Positions 1 to 8,106 of a stretch of 64,000 nt of DNA are shown piece after piece (within the stretch, counting starts at the first letter, position 1; every line of letters begins with the position of its first letter). Origin of the DNA: Gammaproteobacteria bacterium (GTDB lineage: Bacteria; Pseudomonadota; Gammaproteobacteria; Pseudomonadales; Pseudohongiellaceae); contig CAWKZY010000005.1 of NCBI GenBank assembly GCA_963854625.1, forward strand, positions 10,028 through 74,027. The letters run 5' to 3'. A program made the translations under genes and the position numbers. Under the pieces are notes generated by a model that worked only from the letters and a program-made list of their open reading frames with translations, did not search any database and was not told where the DNA came from.

Positions 1-84
1 CTATCCAAGGCTGAAGAGCCAGTGGATGCGCATTGGTCTGTAACGGTTGTGTGGGCTGATTAAGACTTCGGTCCTAATGTGAGC

Positions 85-1734
85 CTAGCCAGAAACAACA
101 TACTCAACGCCTGTTTGTGCCAGCCCTACCAGATCAATCGATGTAGTATTCAAGCTATGATCAGCAGCAACTATGGCTAGACCGGCTGCAGTATAGGTAC
201 CATTATCAATGAGAGCCGAATACTGACTGATATTATCGGCTGGCGTAGGTGGTCCGATCAGATTACCCCAAATCATTTCAACCACTGATAATGAGCTTGC
301 ATTAGGCCCCAAAACCACGTCAAGTGCAGTCTGCATTAGCTGTTCATAGGTCATTCCGTCGTCAAGAAGCTTTAATCCTGCACCAACATATGTTTTATTT
401 GTCGCTTGATCTTTTCCAAGAAGTAGCCCTACCAGTTTAATTGTCTTCCCTGCGTTACCATCAAGGTCTAGAGCTATGTGCTTGTCATTAAACTTAAGGC
501 GTTCAATGTTACTGAGAGTATCTTTATCAGTTCCCGAAGCAATATTCCAAAAAGTACCCGACTTAACCAAAGAAACATCTGTAAAATTTTCCGTGTAAAC
601 AGCCTGATCAATACCCGCATCACCATCTATGGTATCTCCGCCTAACCCTCCCGTAATCACATTGTTAGAGGAATTCCCAATGATCACATCCGCACCAGAA
701 CCGGTGATTACATTCTCAATAACAGCACCAAAAGCAATGCTAAAGTTATTTTTTAAAAACCAGCCGTTAAAAGGAATAGTACTGTAAGAACCGTCTGTAA
801 GATTGATTGTGCTACTCTCTGAAAAGTTACTAAAGTTTAAAGTATCAGTGCCGCCTCCATCCCATATGAGTTTTATCTCAGGAATATTAGGATCAAAAGT
901 ATAAGTTGTATTTCCACTGTTGAATTTTGTATTTGGACCATACAGGTATTGCAATGCCGCTACATCATATGCCATTGGCGTGGAGGGTATTGCATACGAC
1001 TTTTCATCTATAATTTTTATAGAAGCGCCATCAACAGAAAACTCACCTGCCATAACTGTGTACTCTCGAGAATTTTTATCTTCAGGAAAAGGTATGTCAG
1101 GATTATCGTTAGGATGTTCAACACCAAGCGCATGAAATATCTCATGATACATAACGGTCAAATCTCCAATAGGAGTTTGAGAACCAATACTTTGTGAGTT
1201 TTCGGCGATAGCTACAAGCCCAGTTGAAAAATCTGATTTCGCATAACTTTTATTGAACCAAATGTCTCCTCCTCGCGGGTCACTAAACGGAGGATCTGCT
1301 GTTGCTACAACGCCTGGTATAAAGTTCCCCTGCTCATCAGTAATCGTATTTATAGCAAGCCTAATAGTTCCAACTTTTTCTTCAGTCTCAATAACTTCTA
1401 CAAAAGCTACATTGATGTATTTCTCAATTTCCTTAAACGCTGCACGAGTGTCTTCTTGTTGTTTCGAACTAAAGGGTATCGGGGAAATTTCACCGACGTC
1501 ATCCTGATAAGCATATCCTGCTAAAGAATTACTGCCCGTCGGAAAACTATATGAAATCACTGTTTTGGATTGATCCATTACTCCTTCCGAAAGAAACGAG
1601 TCGCTCATCCATTTGATAGGAGCGCCTTCTCTTTTATTGAGTAGTGAATCTATATATATTATTCCGGAAAGGTTTTTTAATTCAATTTCTTGCCCCGACT
1701 CCGAGTATGTTTGCTTGTTAATTTTTGAAGGCAC
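85..1734 (-). CDS. Serralysin-like (metzincin) zinc metalloprotease with RTX-type calcium-binding repeats
   Basis: 549-aa ORF. HEIFHALGVEHP matches the HExxHxxGxxH metzincin zinc site. Gly/Asp-rich repeat run GSGADVIIGNSSNNVITGGLGGDTIDGDAGID. No N-terminal signal peptide, as expected for type I secretion substrates. Confidence 0.75.
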   Translation of the reverse strand: MPSKINKQTYSESGQEIELKNLSGIIYIDSLLNKREGAPIKWMSDSFLSEGVMDQSKTVISYSFPTGSNSLAGYAYQDDVGEISPIPFSSKQQEDTRAAFKEIEKYINVAFVEVIETEEKVGTIRLAINTITDEQGNFIPGVVATADPPFSDPRGGDIWFNKSYAKSDFSTGLVAIAENSQSIGSQTPIGDLTVMYHEIFHALGVEHPNDNPDIPFPEDKNSREYTVMAGEFSVDGASIKIIDEKSYAIPSTPMAYDVAALQYLYGPNTKFNSGNTTYTFDPNIPEIKLIWDGGGTDTLNFSNFSESSTINLTDGSYSTIPFNGWFLKNNFSIAFGAVIENVITGSGADVIIGNSSNNVITGGLGGDTIDGDAGIDQAVYTENFTDVSLVKSGTFWNIASGTDKDTLSNIERLKFNDKHIALDLDGNAGKTIKLVGLLLGKDQATNKTYVGAGLKLLDDGMTYEQLMQTALDVVLGPNASSLSVVEMIWGNLIGPPTPADNISQYSALIDNGTYTAAGLAIVAADHSLNTTSIDLVGLAQTGVEYVVSG

Positions 1735-1824
1735 TTATTTCTCCAGCTTAAAGGTTCTGTATATTTCTGTTCATGTTCGACTAAAACTAAAAGAAAGCCA
1801 AAAAGCCAATCTAAGTTGACCTTT

Positions 1825-1870
1825 TAGTAGGTAGGTTAGTAGGTAGGTTAGTAGGTAGGTTAGTAGGTAG
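1825..1870. repeat. 12-bp tandem repeat (TAGTAGGTAGGT), about 3.8 copies
   Basis: Read directly: tagtaggtaggt repeated head to tail from 1825 to 1870, lying 90-135 nt upstream of the protease start codon at 1734 (minus strand). Confidence 0.9.
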
Positions 1871-2187
1871 AATTGATTATTTAACCTAAGTTCTTGATTT
1901 TATTACTTGTTCGATACCGCCCACTGGTACCATTGCAATAAACTAGCTATCCGACTGCTTTTTATAAACACCATTCTTCATATTATTGAACTAGTTCAGA
2001 ATGGCTCATGCTGTTTACCCGCTCAATTATCTTGGCATAGGCTTTTGTTGTAGCAGCAAGACTAGCCGCAGGGATCTCCTCAGTTGCTTCAATATTGGTA
2101 TGCAGTAATATGCCACATGCATCAACACAATTGAAGGCACAAGGTCGACGATAGTTCTAATAATAAAATCCTGTTTAGCGTAACGCA

Positions 2188-3213
2188 TTAGTTAGCTATG
2201 TTGATCTCGGTTCCGCCAGCAGGAAGCTCCAACGTCATGCCATCCTCGGCCAGATGCCAGTTGAGATTTCCGCTTTCCTCAATGCCCTCCTCAATGCCCT
2301 CGGTGAAGGTCTCTAGAAATTCCGGCATACCTGCCTGTGTAAGATGGCTCAGCACCAGCATCCCCACACCCGCCGATTGGGCCAATTCTGCGGCTTCTCT
2401 GGGTTCGGTATGATAGGTTACTGTGTCAGCCAGCATTGCAGCACCTCTTGGGTTTATTCTGCTCGCTCTTCGGGAAGCCGAAATCTGCATGGCATTGCTC
2501 TGCGCCTCATGGATGAGTACATCGGCGCCATTAGCGGCCGCACCCAGTGGCGGCCAGGCTATGGTGTCACCGCTAATCACCACAGAGCGGCCCTTGTAAT
2601 CAAACCGATAACCGAAAGCTGGGCTGACCGGATCATGGGCTACGCGGATTGCCGTGATGCTCAGTTCACCAACTTTTAAGGCCAGCGCCGTTCCAGCAGG
2701 GTCCGGAATTTCGACGACTTTCGACCGAATCTCTGCAGCATCCAGCGGGAACTTGTTATCTTCTTGTTCATGATGCGCTTTACGGAATACCCGGTCTCGT
2801 TCGTAGACGAGGTTGAATCCATCGGCCAGATTGTCCACACCATCCGGCCCGATCACCGTCAATGGCTCGACCCGCCCATTGATCCAGCTCTGTTCAGCCG
2901 CCTCACCCACACCAGCAATATGATCGCTGTGCAGGTGAGTGATGAAGATCGCCTTCAAACTAGTTACCGGTGCTCGCATTCCACGCAGAGTATTCCAACC
3001 GCCAACTCCATTATCGATCAGATAAAGTGAATCACCCGCCTGAATCGCCGTGCAAGGCTGGGCACGACCAGAACTCGCAAGGGGCCCGCCAGTGCCACAG
3101 AAGAAAACCTTGAGACCATCAAAGCTTTGCGCGTGAGCCGTAAATGGGCTGACAATAGACATCAGGGCCAAAATCAGAACTGAGCTAGCTAATTTACGTG
3201 CATTATTTTTCAT
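2188..3213 (-). CDS. Secreted MBL-fold metallo-hydrolase (RNase Z/beta-lactamase superfamily)
   Basis: 341-aa ORF. Signal-peptide-like N-terminus ending AHAQ. THLHSDHIAG matches the HxHxDH metallo-beta-lactamase motif. RBS AAGGAG lies upstream of the ATG. Confidence 0.8.
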   Translation of the reverse strand: MKNNARKLASSVLILALMSIVSPFTAHAQSFDGLKVFFCGTGGPLASSGRAQPCTAIQAGDSLYLIDNGVGGWNTLRGMRAPVTSLKAIFITHLHSDHIAGVGEAAEQSWINGRVEPLTVIGPDGVDNLADGFNLVYERDRVFRKAHHEQEDNKFPLDAAEIRSKVVEIPDPAGTALALKVGELSITAIRVAHDPVSPAFGYRFDYKGRSVVISGDTIAWPPLGAAANGADVLIHEAQSNAMQISASRRASRINPRGAAMLADTVTYHTEPREAAELAQSAGVGMLVLSHLTQAGMPEFLETFTEGIEEGIEESGNLNWHLAEDGMTLELPAGGTEINIAN

Positions 3214-3310
3214 TTATACTCCTTCGTAAGTAGGCGCCGCAAATGGCTGATTACCAGACCCGTTCCTGTAATATCCGCGACCACTGCTAAATCGCATCAC
3301 ATCCGAGATT

Positions 3311-3417
3311 GTAGCGAGGAATACGCCGAGACAATAACGACAAGTCCCGGACTTGTTTTAGGGATTCTAGCTAGAAACGTTTGTGGTCGACACGAGCAAA
3401 TTAAGCATCCCCTCCAA
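3311..3417. repeat. Copy 1 of a conserved intergenic element of about 110 nt (hairpin plus palindrome TTCTAGCTAGAA)
   Basis: About 83% identical over the first 70 nt to 10350..10419, in the same orientation. Hairpin ACAAGTC-ccg-GACTTGT at 3340-3356. Perfect 12-bp palindrome at 3365-3376. Shared 3' box TAAGCA(T)CCCCT. Confidence 0.7.
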
Positions 3418-3495
3418 TCTTACTGAATAATAAAGGGGACGGATTTATTTTCCTGATTTGATACAACCGCTAAATAAAATTTATTTATTCTCTTT

Positions 3496-4536
3496 TTACT
3501 TAGAGAGTGAATATTTTCGCAAAGCCATGCCTGCTGTGAGTGAGCCATAGATATTTCCATCACTGTCCGCAACCACACCCTCCTGACTCCCGCTCGCATC
3601 GGGGTCCTGAATAAACAACATCACACTGCCATCTCTCACATTCCCGACGCGAATACCTTCTTCAAAACCGGGATTAGATTGTGCTGTGTTTGAAGATGAG
3701 GAATCCGCGACATACAGCAGGTCATTGTCATCGATGAACATTCCGCTGGGTCGACCGAATTGTTTCCACTCGTCGAGAAAGTTACCCAACTCATCAAAAA
3801 TAAGTACTCGATCGTTACCACGATCACCAACAAATAATCTGCCAGCGGAGTCCATAGCTAGTGCATGAGGCGTATGGAACTGATTCGGCCCCTCGCCAAA
3901 TGATCCCCAAGTCATGAGATAGTCGCCATGAGAGTCAAACTTCACGATGCGAGCGTTTGATCTAGGCCCATGTCCGTCACCGACAAAGATGTCGCCACCC
4001 GGCGCTACGAGCACTGCCGATGGCATATTGAATGTGTCTGGACCGTCGCCAGGAATACCGGGACTACCCAGGGTCATGAGCAATTCGCCTTCAGGACTGA
4101 ACTTGAAGACCTGATGCCCCTTGGCCTCGCTAACAGTATCGATGTCACGTGAGCCAACATCATCTGTTACCCAAACATTGCCACCTCTGTCTACAGTCAA
4201 ACCATGAGGACGCTGAAACAGGTCTTCACCGAAACTGAGAAGGTGATTGCCCTGCCGGTCGAATTTCATAATTGGGGCAAGATCTGAACCTCGGCAATCT
4301 TGGGCACCGCAGCGATCAAAGACCCAGAATGCCGAACCATCCGGGTGAATTCCCAGGCCGGAGGTGGCACCGACTGACCTTCCCGGTGGCAGTTTGAAGA
4401 AAGCCTCGTCGATGCTGTAGTCATCGCTGGGGGTGAAACGGGCATCCGTGACCTGAGAGAATGCAATAACAGAAGAAAACAGCGAAAATATAACCGCTAC
4501 ACTCTGATGGACTTGGGAATTGTTCAGTTTTGGCAT
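3496..4536 (-). CDS. NHL-repeat beta-propeller protein, peptidyl-alpha-hydroxyglycine alpha-amidating lyase (PAL)-like
   Basis: ORF 3496..4584; the start was moved to the internal ATG at 4536 (MPKLNN...), which precedes a signal-like segment and avoids overlap with the upstream gene. Motifs PHGLTVDRGGNVWVTD, HQVFKF, IFVGDGHG..NARIVKF, QFHTPHALA and LFVGDRGNDRVLIF are colinear with my recollection of the animal PAL domain. Confidence 0.7.
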   Translation of the reverse strand: MPKLNNSQVHQSVAVIFSLFSSVIAFSQVTDARFTPSDDYSIDEAFFKLPPGRSVGATSGLGIHPDGSAFWVFDRCGAQDCRGSDLAPIMKFDRQGNHLLSFGEDLFQRPHGLTVDRGGNVWVTDDVGSRDIDTVSEAKGHQVFKFSPEGELLMTLGSPGIPGDGPDTFNMPSAVLVAPGGDIFVGDGHGPRSNARIVKFDSHGDYLMTWGSFGEGPNQFHTPHALAMDSAGRLFVGDRGNDRVLIFDELGNFLDEWKQFGRPSGMFIDDNDLLYVADSSSSNTAQSNPGFEEGIRVGNVRDGSVMLFIQDPDASGSQEGVVADSDGNIYGSLTAGMALRKYSLSK

Positions 4537-4573
4537 AATTGAAATGCTCGGTTCACGCTGATAAAAGGCTGTA

Positions 4574-6043
4574 TTATTGCACACGTACTACACCTACACT
4601 CCCTTCGACTTCGATTGTAGTTCCCCATTGATCTGACAGGCGTGCAACACGTTCCAAAATTAGTTGAGCATGACTCTCTTTGGCAATGCGCGGAATGCCA
4701 AGCTTTGAGTCAGGACCGTTTATTCCTAACTCTATTGGGTAAAGGCGCACCTCTTTTAGAACACCGTCTTCATAATGGCTGATTGCAACCACGCTTTCCA
4801 AAGACTGACTGGAACCGCCGAAATTTCGGGAAAACTGCTGCATTCTTCTTTGTGGGTCTACATCGGCAGCACCGACAACCAGCTCCAATTCCCACTGTGC
4901 TTCCCGAAAAAATTCACCCAGACCATAGAAGATTGGCTTACCTTCGTAAATTTCAATGCCGCGTAGTGTTTGCACTCCCGTGCCAACAAAGGCATCGGCC
5001 CCTGCATCAATAGCCTGATGGGCCAGGTCCACATAGAACTGCGGAGGGCGCGTGCTCAAATGCTGAAACTCCACGACCGACTCACTCTGATGAATGTGAG
5101 CGGCGGCAGTAACGAAATCCCCAAGCTGGCGGGCATTGCGGATATTCCTGAGCATGCGATCCACGTCATTGCCATTCAAGGTATACGCAACTGAGCCTGG
5201 AATTTCATCGCCCTGAGTTACTCGATACCTGGGGTCATTCCGTCCGGAACTCGAGGCAGGAATGCTTATACCCGTATCGGGCGAAGCACTGGCTACGGGG
5301 CGCGGATTGTCATAGTTGTCTCGGTGTTCCAGAAATCCCTGTCGAACTTGCAGCAGTGCATCGTACTGCTGCTGGGATACTAAAATAGTCTCTCTATAGT
5401 TGAGCATGTTGAGACCGGGTCTTCCTCCCAGATTTCCTTTGCGAGATGTTGCCGCGAGTCGATAGTGTTCTGGAAAGATGGGGGCATGGGCGCCAACTAA
5501 CGCTGCGCGCCCCTTTGCCAATTCGAGAAAAGCCGGTGCGGCCGCTTCTTGTAGGTTTCTACCGCTGCCCGCATGAATTATGCCTGCTTGGTCCAGCAAA
5601 GCGTTCGTTGAAAACATGCCCTCGAACTCAGAATCAAGGAGATGATTCTGAGCGCGATTGACCATGTCGAACCCCATCAATTTGAGATCTGCTGCGACCT
5701 TATGGCTACCGACAAAACCATTGAGGGGGCCATCGAATTCTCGCAGATTCGCCAACTCCCCCTCCATGTTTGCCACTGCAAGATCGGCACTTCTTATCAA
5801 TTCAAAAACTGCCTGTACTTCTGGGTCGGCGAGCCGGGATGCGGGACGGCGTATCATCAAGTCACCAACACTTGCGAGAACGAATTCTCCCGGCATGGTC
5901 ATTGCCCGATCCCTATCGGCAAGCGGCGGCAAATCAGTCTGGGCTGATAGGTTGACTGAAAGGCCACTCGATACTGCTAAAACAAGTGTAACTATATGCG
6001 ATGCGACTCGGCCTGGCCGTCTCTGTAATTTATTAGCTTTCAT
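4574..6043 (-). CDS. CapA/PGA_cap-like (metallophosphatase-fold) secreted protein
   Basis: ORF 4574..6061; likely start MKANKL at 6043. Colinear CapA-like pattern: SVGDLM..R, ADLAVANMEG, GFDMVNRAQNH, AGSGRN, GKPIFYGLGEF. Some canonical His positions appear substituted. Confidence 0.55.
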   Translation of the reverse strand: MKANKLQRRPGRVASHIVTLVLAVSSGLSVNLSAQTDLPPLADRDRAMTMPGEFVLASVGDLMIRRPASRLADPEVQAVFELIRSADLAVANMEGELANLREFDGPLNGFVGSHKVAADLKLMGFDMVNRAQNHLLDSEFEGMFSTNALLDQAGIIHAGSGRNLQEAAAPAFLELAKGRAALVGAHAPIFPEHYRLAATSRKGNLGGRPGLNMLNYRETILVSQQQYDALLQVRQGFLEHRDNYDNPRPVASASPDTGISIPASSSGRNDPRYRVTQGDEIPGSVAYTLNGNDVDRMLRNIRNARQLGDFVTAAAHIHQSESVVEFQHLSTRPPQFYVDLAHQAIDAGADAFVGTGVQTLRGIEIYEGKPIFYGLGEFFREAQWELELVVGAADVDPQRRMQQFSRNFGGSSQSLESVVAISHYEDGVLKEVRLYPIELGINGPDSKLGIPRIAKESHAQLILERVARLSDQWGTTIEVEGSVGVVRVQ

Positions 6044-6093
6044 AAAGTTCCCGGGGTGCAATTTCAGACACCTATTTATTGCTTTGTCTGGTC

Positions 6094-7158
6094 TTATCTC
6101 TGCCTAGTAGCAGTAGCGCAAGAAGAAAACAATTCGGTACGAACTTCCACCCCCTTTTCTGCCAGCCGCGCCTGATCTGTACATGACACATTAGTATGTC
6201 TCAGCTCGACGATATCTCCAGGCCCGATACCCGGGTTTTCAAACAGCGCTTGAATAGTAGTTAAATCAGGATTGAAGCGAAGATCAAGCTGCATCAGGTT
6301 CGTCAAGCCACTCAGTGGCGTTATATCGGTTATGTCATTGCCAGTAAGTTCTAGATACTCGAGAGTGATGAGTCCGCGCAATGAGCTGAGATCGGCGAAC
6401 GAGTTGGCCGCTAGTCGCAGTTCAATCAGTGATGTCAAACCACTCAACGGTGTCAGATCGCTTATATCCTGAGTATGAATATTAAGATCCACTAGCTTGG
6501 TTAGTTTCGCCAGAGGACTAATATCGGTAACGGCATTTGTAAAAAGCAATCCTGTCGCCCCCATATGCGTCCTAGGTTTTTGCCCACCTATGAAGTCGCC
6601 GTGACGATGCATGCGAAGTACTCGCAATTCTGTAAGCTTACTCAGAGCACTGATATCGCTTAAAGGGTTTTCGGCGATACGCAGATCAACCAGTTTGGTC
6701 AAATCCCGGAAGGGGCTGATGTCAGAAATCCAGTTTGTATGAAGGTTCAAATGCGTCAATTCGGTAAGTTCATCTAAAGGGCTAATGTCGGAGAGGCCTC
6801 GATTTGATAGATTGAGGTTAGTTAAACCTTTGAGGTTTTGTATTCCGGAAAGGTCATGAAATATGTGTTCCGGGTCAACCCATTCAGGAGATCCTGAAAC
6901 CGATCTTCTCGCTCCTCCACCGGGGGCACGCAACGTCGCTAATCGCGCGGCTCGACCGCAGCTTAAAGTTTCTTGTGGCCCAAGTGACAAAGCCTCGCGC
7001 ACCTCTTCCTCCAAAACTGCATCGGCAAAAGTCACAATGTCGGAGGAAGCATGATCTCGACAGTTATCAGTGGGCTGCAAAACTTGCTGAGCCCAAGCCC
7101 CGGAACAAAGAAGAACCGACAGTACAATTAAATACATTTGCTTAGAAAGCTGGCTCAT
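6094..7158 (-). CDS. Secreted leucine-rich repeat (internalin-like LRR) protein
   Basis: 354 aa with a signal peptide (…CSGAWAQ). At least 8 tandem repeats of about 22 aa of the form LTxLxxLxLxxNxIsDISPL. Confidence 0.8.
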   Translation of the reverse strand: MSQLSKQMYLIVLSVLLCSGAWAQQVLQPTDNCRDHASSDIVTFADAVLEEEVREALSLGPQETLSCGRAARLATLRAPGGGARRSVSGSPEWVDPEHIFHDLSGIQNLKGLTNLNLSNRGLSDISPLDELTELTHLNLHTNWISDISPFRDLTKLVDLRIAENPLSDISALSKLTELRVLRMHRHGDFIGGQKPRTHMGATGLLFTNAVTDISPLAKLTKLVDLNIHTQDISDLTPLSGLTSLIELRLAANSFADLSSLRGLITLEYLELTGNDITDITPLSGLTNLMQLDLRFNPDLTTIQALFENPGIGPGDIVELRHTNVSCTDQARLAEKGVEVRTELFSSCATATRQR

Positions 7159-7245
7159 ATTGCGGTTCCTTTCATAGATATAGTTAGTTCTTGTCTATAT
7201 TTCATATTTCAATTATATAAAGACATTGCAGCAACCTCGAAAAAA

Positions 7246-8052
7246 TTACTGATTCATTTTTGAAATCACCCCTATTCTGGTGTCGGGATTAGCATCATCA
7301 CCTGGGTCATGAAAGAAGCCCGCTGCTACGCTAACCGAAATTGCTGGACTGGTCTCAGCGACACAGGCAATGACATGATTATCCGGGTCATCATCAGCGA
7401 GGATGTGAGGATGCACGGAATTACCGTCACTAAGAAGAATCGATATAGCTGTTCGCTGAGCCTCGGCAAGATCAGCACCCTGTGGTCCAGAAACACCGCC
7501 TTCCCAAGTTAGCTGAACTGCTTGTGCGGTATCGATTGGACATTCCCCTTTAAGCCCTAAAGTATTGGGAGCAAAGCGCTCGGCAAGCACCAGGCTGGGT
7601 CCAAATGCGAGGGGCGTCACCTTTTCTATTTTCAAACCGACCAGTGAATTCCCATCGACATCTTCGAGTTGTTCCACAATCTCAACACTGAGCGGCAGTG
7701 AATCGTCGACACTAAAAGGTCCAATAAGAAGCACCGTGCGCTTCTCGAGCGTCTCTAAAGCAGGTCGCAAAGTCGCACATAGTGGAGTAACAATCTCACC
7801 GGAGGTGGTCTCAACTGCAAAGGCAGCTGCAGAAACTGATGCACTATTTATTTGAACAGAAAAGGTAACGGGCATTCCATCCTGACCACCAGCAGGCGGC
7901 ATTCCACATAGTCGAGTTGCTCGTGGCGGTAAGGGATCAAGCCCGTGATACGCTGATAGAATGCGCATCTCTTTCTCACTTTCCGCTATTTCCCCCTGCG
8001 CTTCAGCAGCAACGAAAAAGCAGAATAAGAATAGTGTTGTGGATAATTTCAT
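7246..8052 (-). CDS. Hypothetical secreted protein
   Basis: 268-aa ORF with a clear signal peptide (MKLSTTLFLFCFFVAAEAQ). No recognisable motif. Same strand and spacing as its neighbours. Confidence 0.5.
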   Translation of the reverse strand: MKLSTTLFLFCFFVAAEAQGEIAESEKEMRILSAYHGLDPLPPRATRLCGMPPAGGQDGMPVTFSVQINSASVSAAAFAVETTSGEIVTPLCATLRPALETLEKRTVLLIGPFSVDDSLPLSVEIVEQLEDVDGNSLVGLKIEKVTPLAFGPSLVLAERFAPNTLGLKGECPIDTAQAVQLTWEGGVSGPQGADLAEAQRTAISILLSDGNSVHPHILADDDPDNHVIACVAETSPAISVSVAAGFFHDPGDDANPDTRIGVISKMNQ

Positions 8053-8106
8053 TAGTTATCTCGTTACATTGTTCGGCTGTGGATGTGCACTTAAAAAACC
8101 AGTGAA

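Noticed and set aside
920-1819. Several 60-90-aa plus-strand ORFs in the track (920..1135, 949..1197, 1253..1507, 1613..1819), and many similar antisense ORFs throughout the window
   Set aside because: They lie entirely inside, and antisense to, long ORFs with clear family signatures. They have low-complexity or odd composition and no RBS, so I treat them as frame shadows.
1825-1870. Possibility that the short repeats here, or elsewhere in the window, form a CRISPR array
   Set aside because: The units are only 12 bp and directly abutting with no spacers. No repeat-spacer architecture or cas gene was seen anywhere in the window.
1986-2156. Minus-strand 57-codon open frame without a start codon (…YRRPCAFNCVDACGILLHTNIEATEEIPAASLAATTKAYAKIIERVNSMSHSELVQ) just downstream of the MBL gene
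   Set aside because: It could be a gene relic, but it has no in-frame ATG/GTG/TTG before the last 8 codons and I recognise no family. The evidence is insufficient.
4574-6043. The CapA-like protein being catalytically degenerate (VGTGVQ where I expected a His-rich GHHPH-type block)
   Set aside because: This rests on my recollection of family motifs without an alignment, so it cannot be asserted. It is left as a note under the feature.
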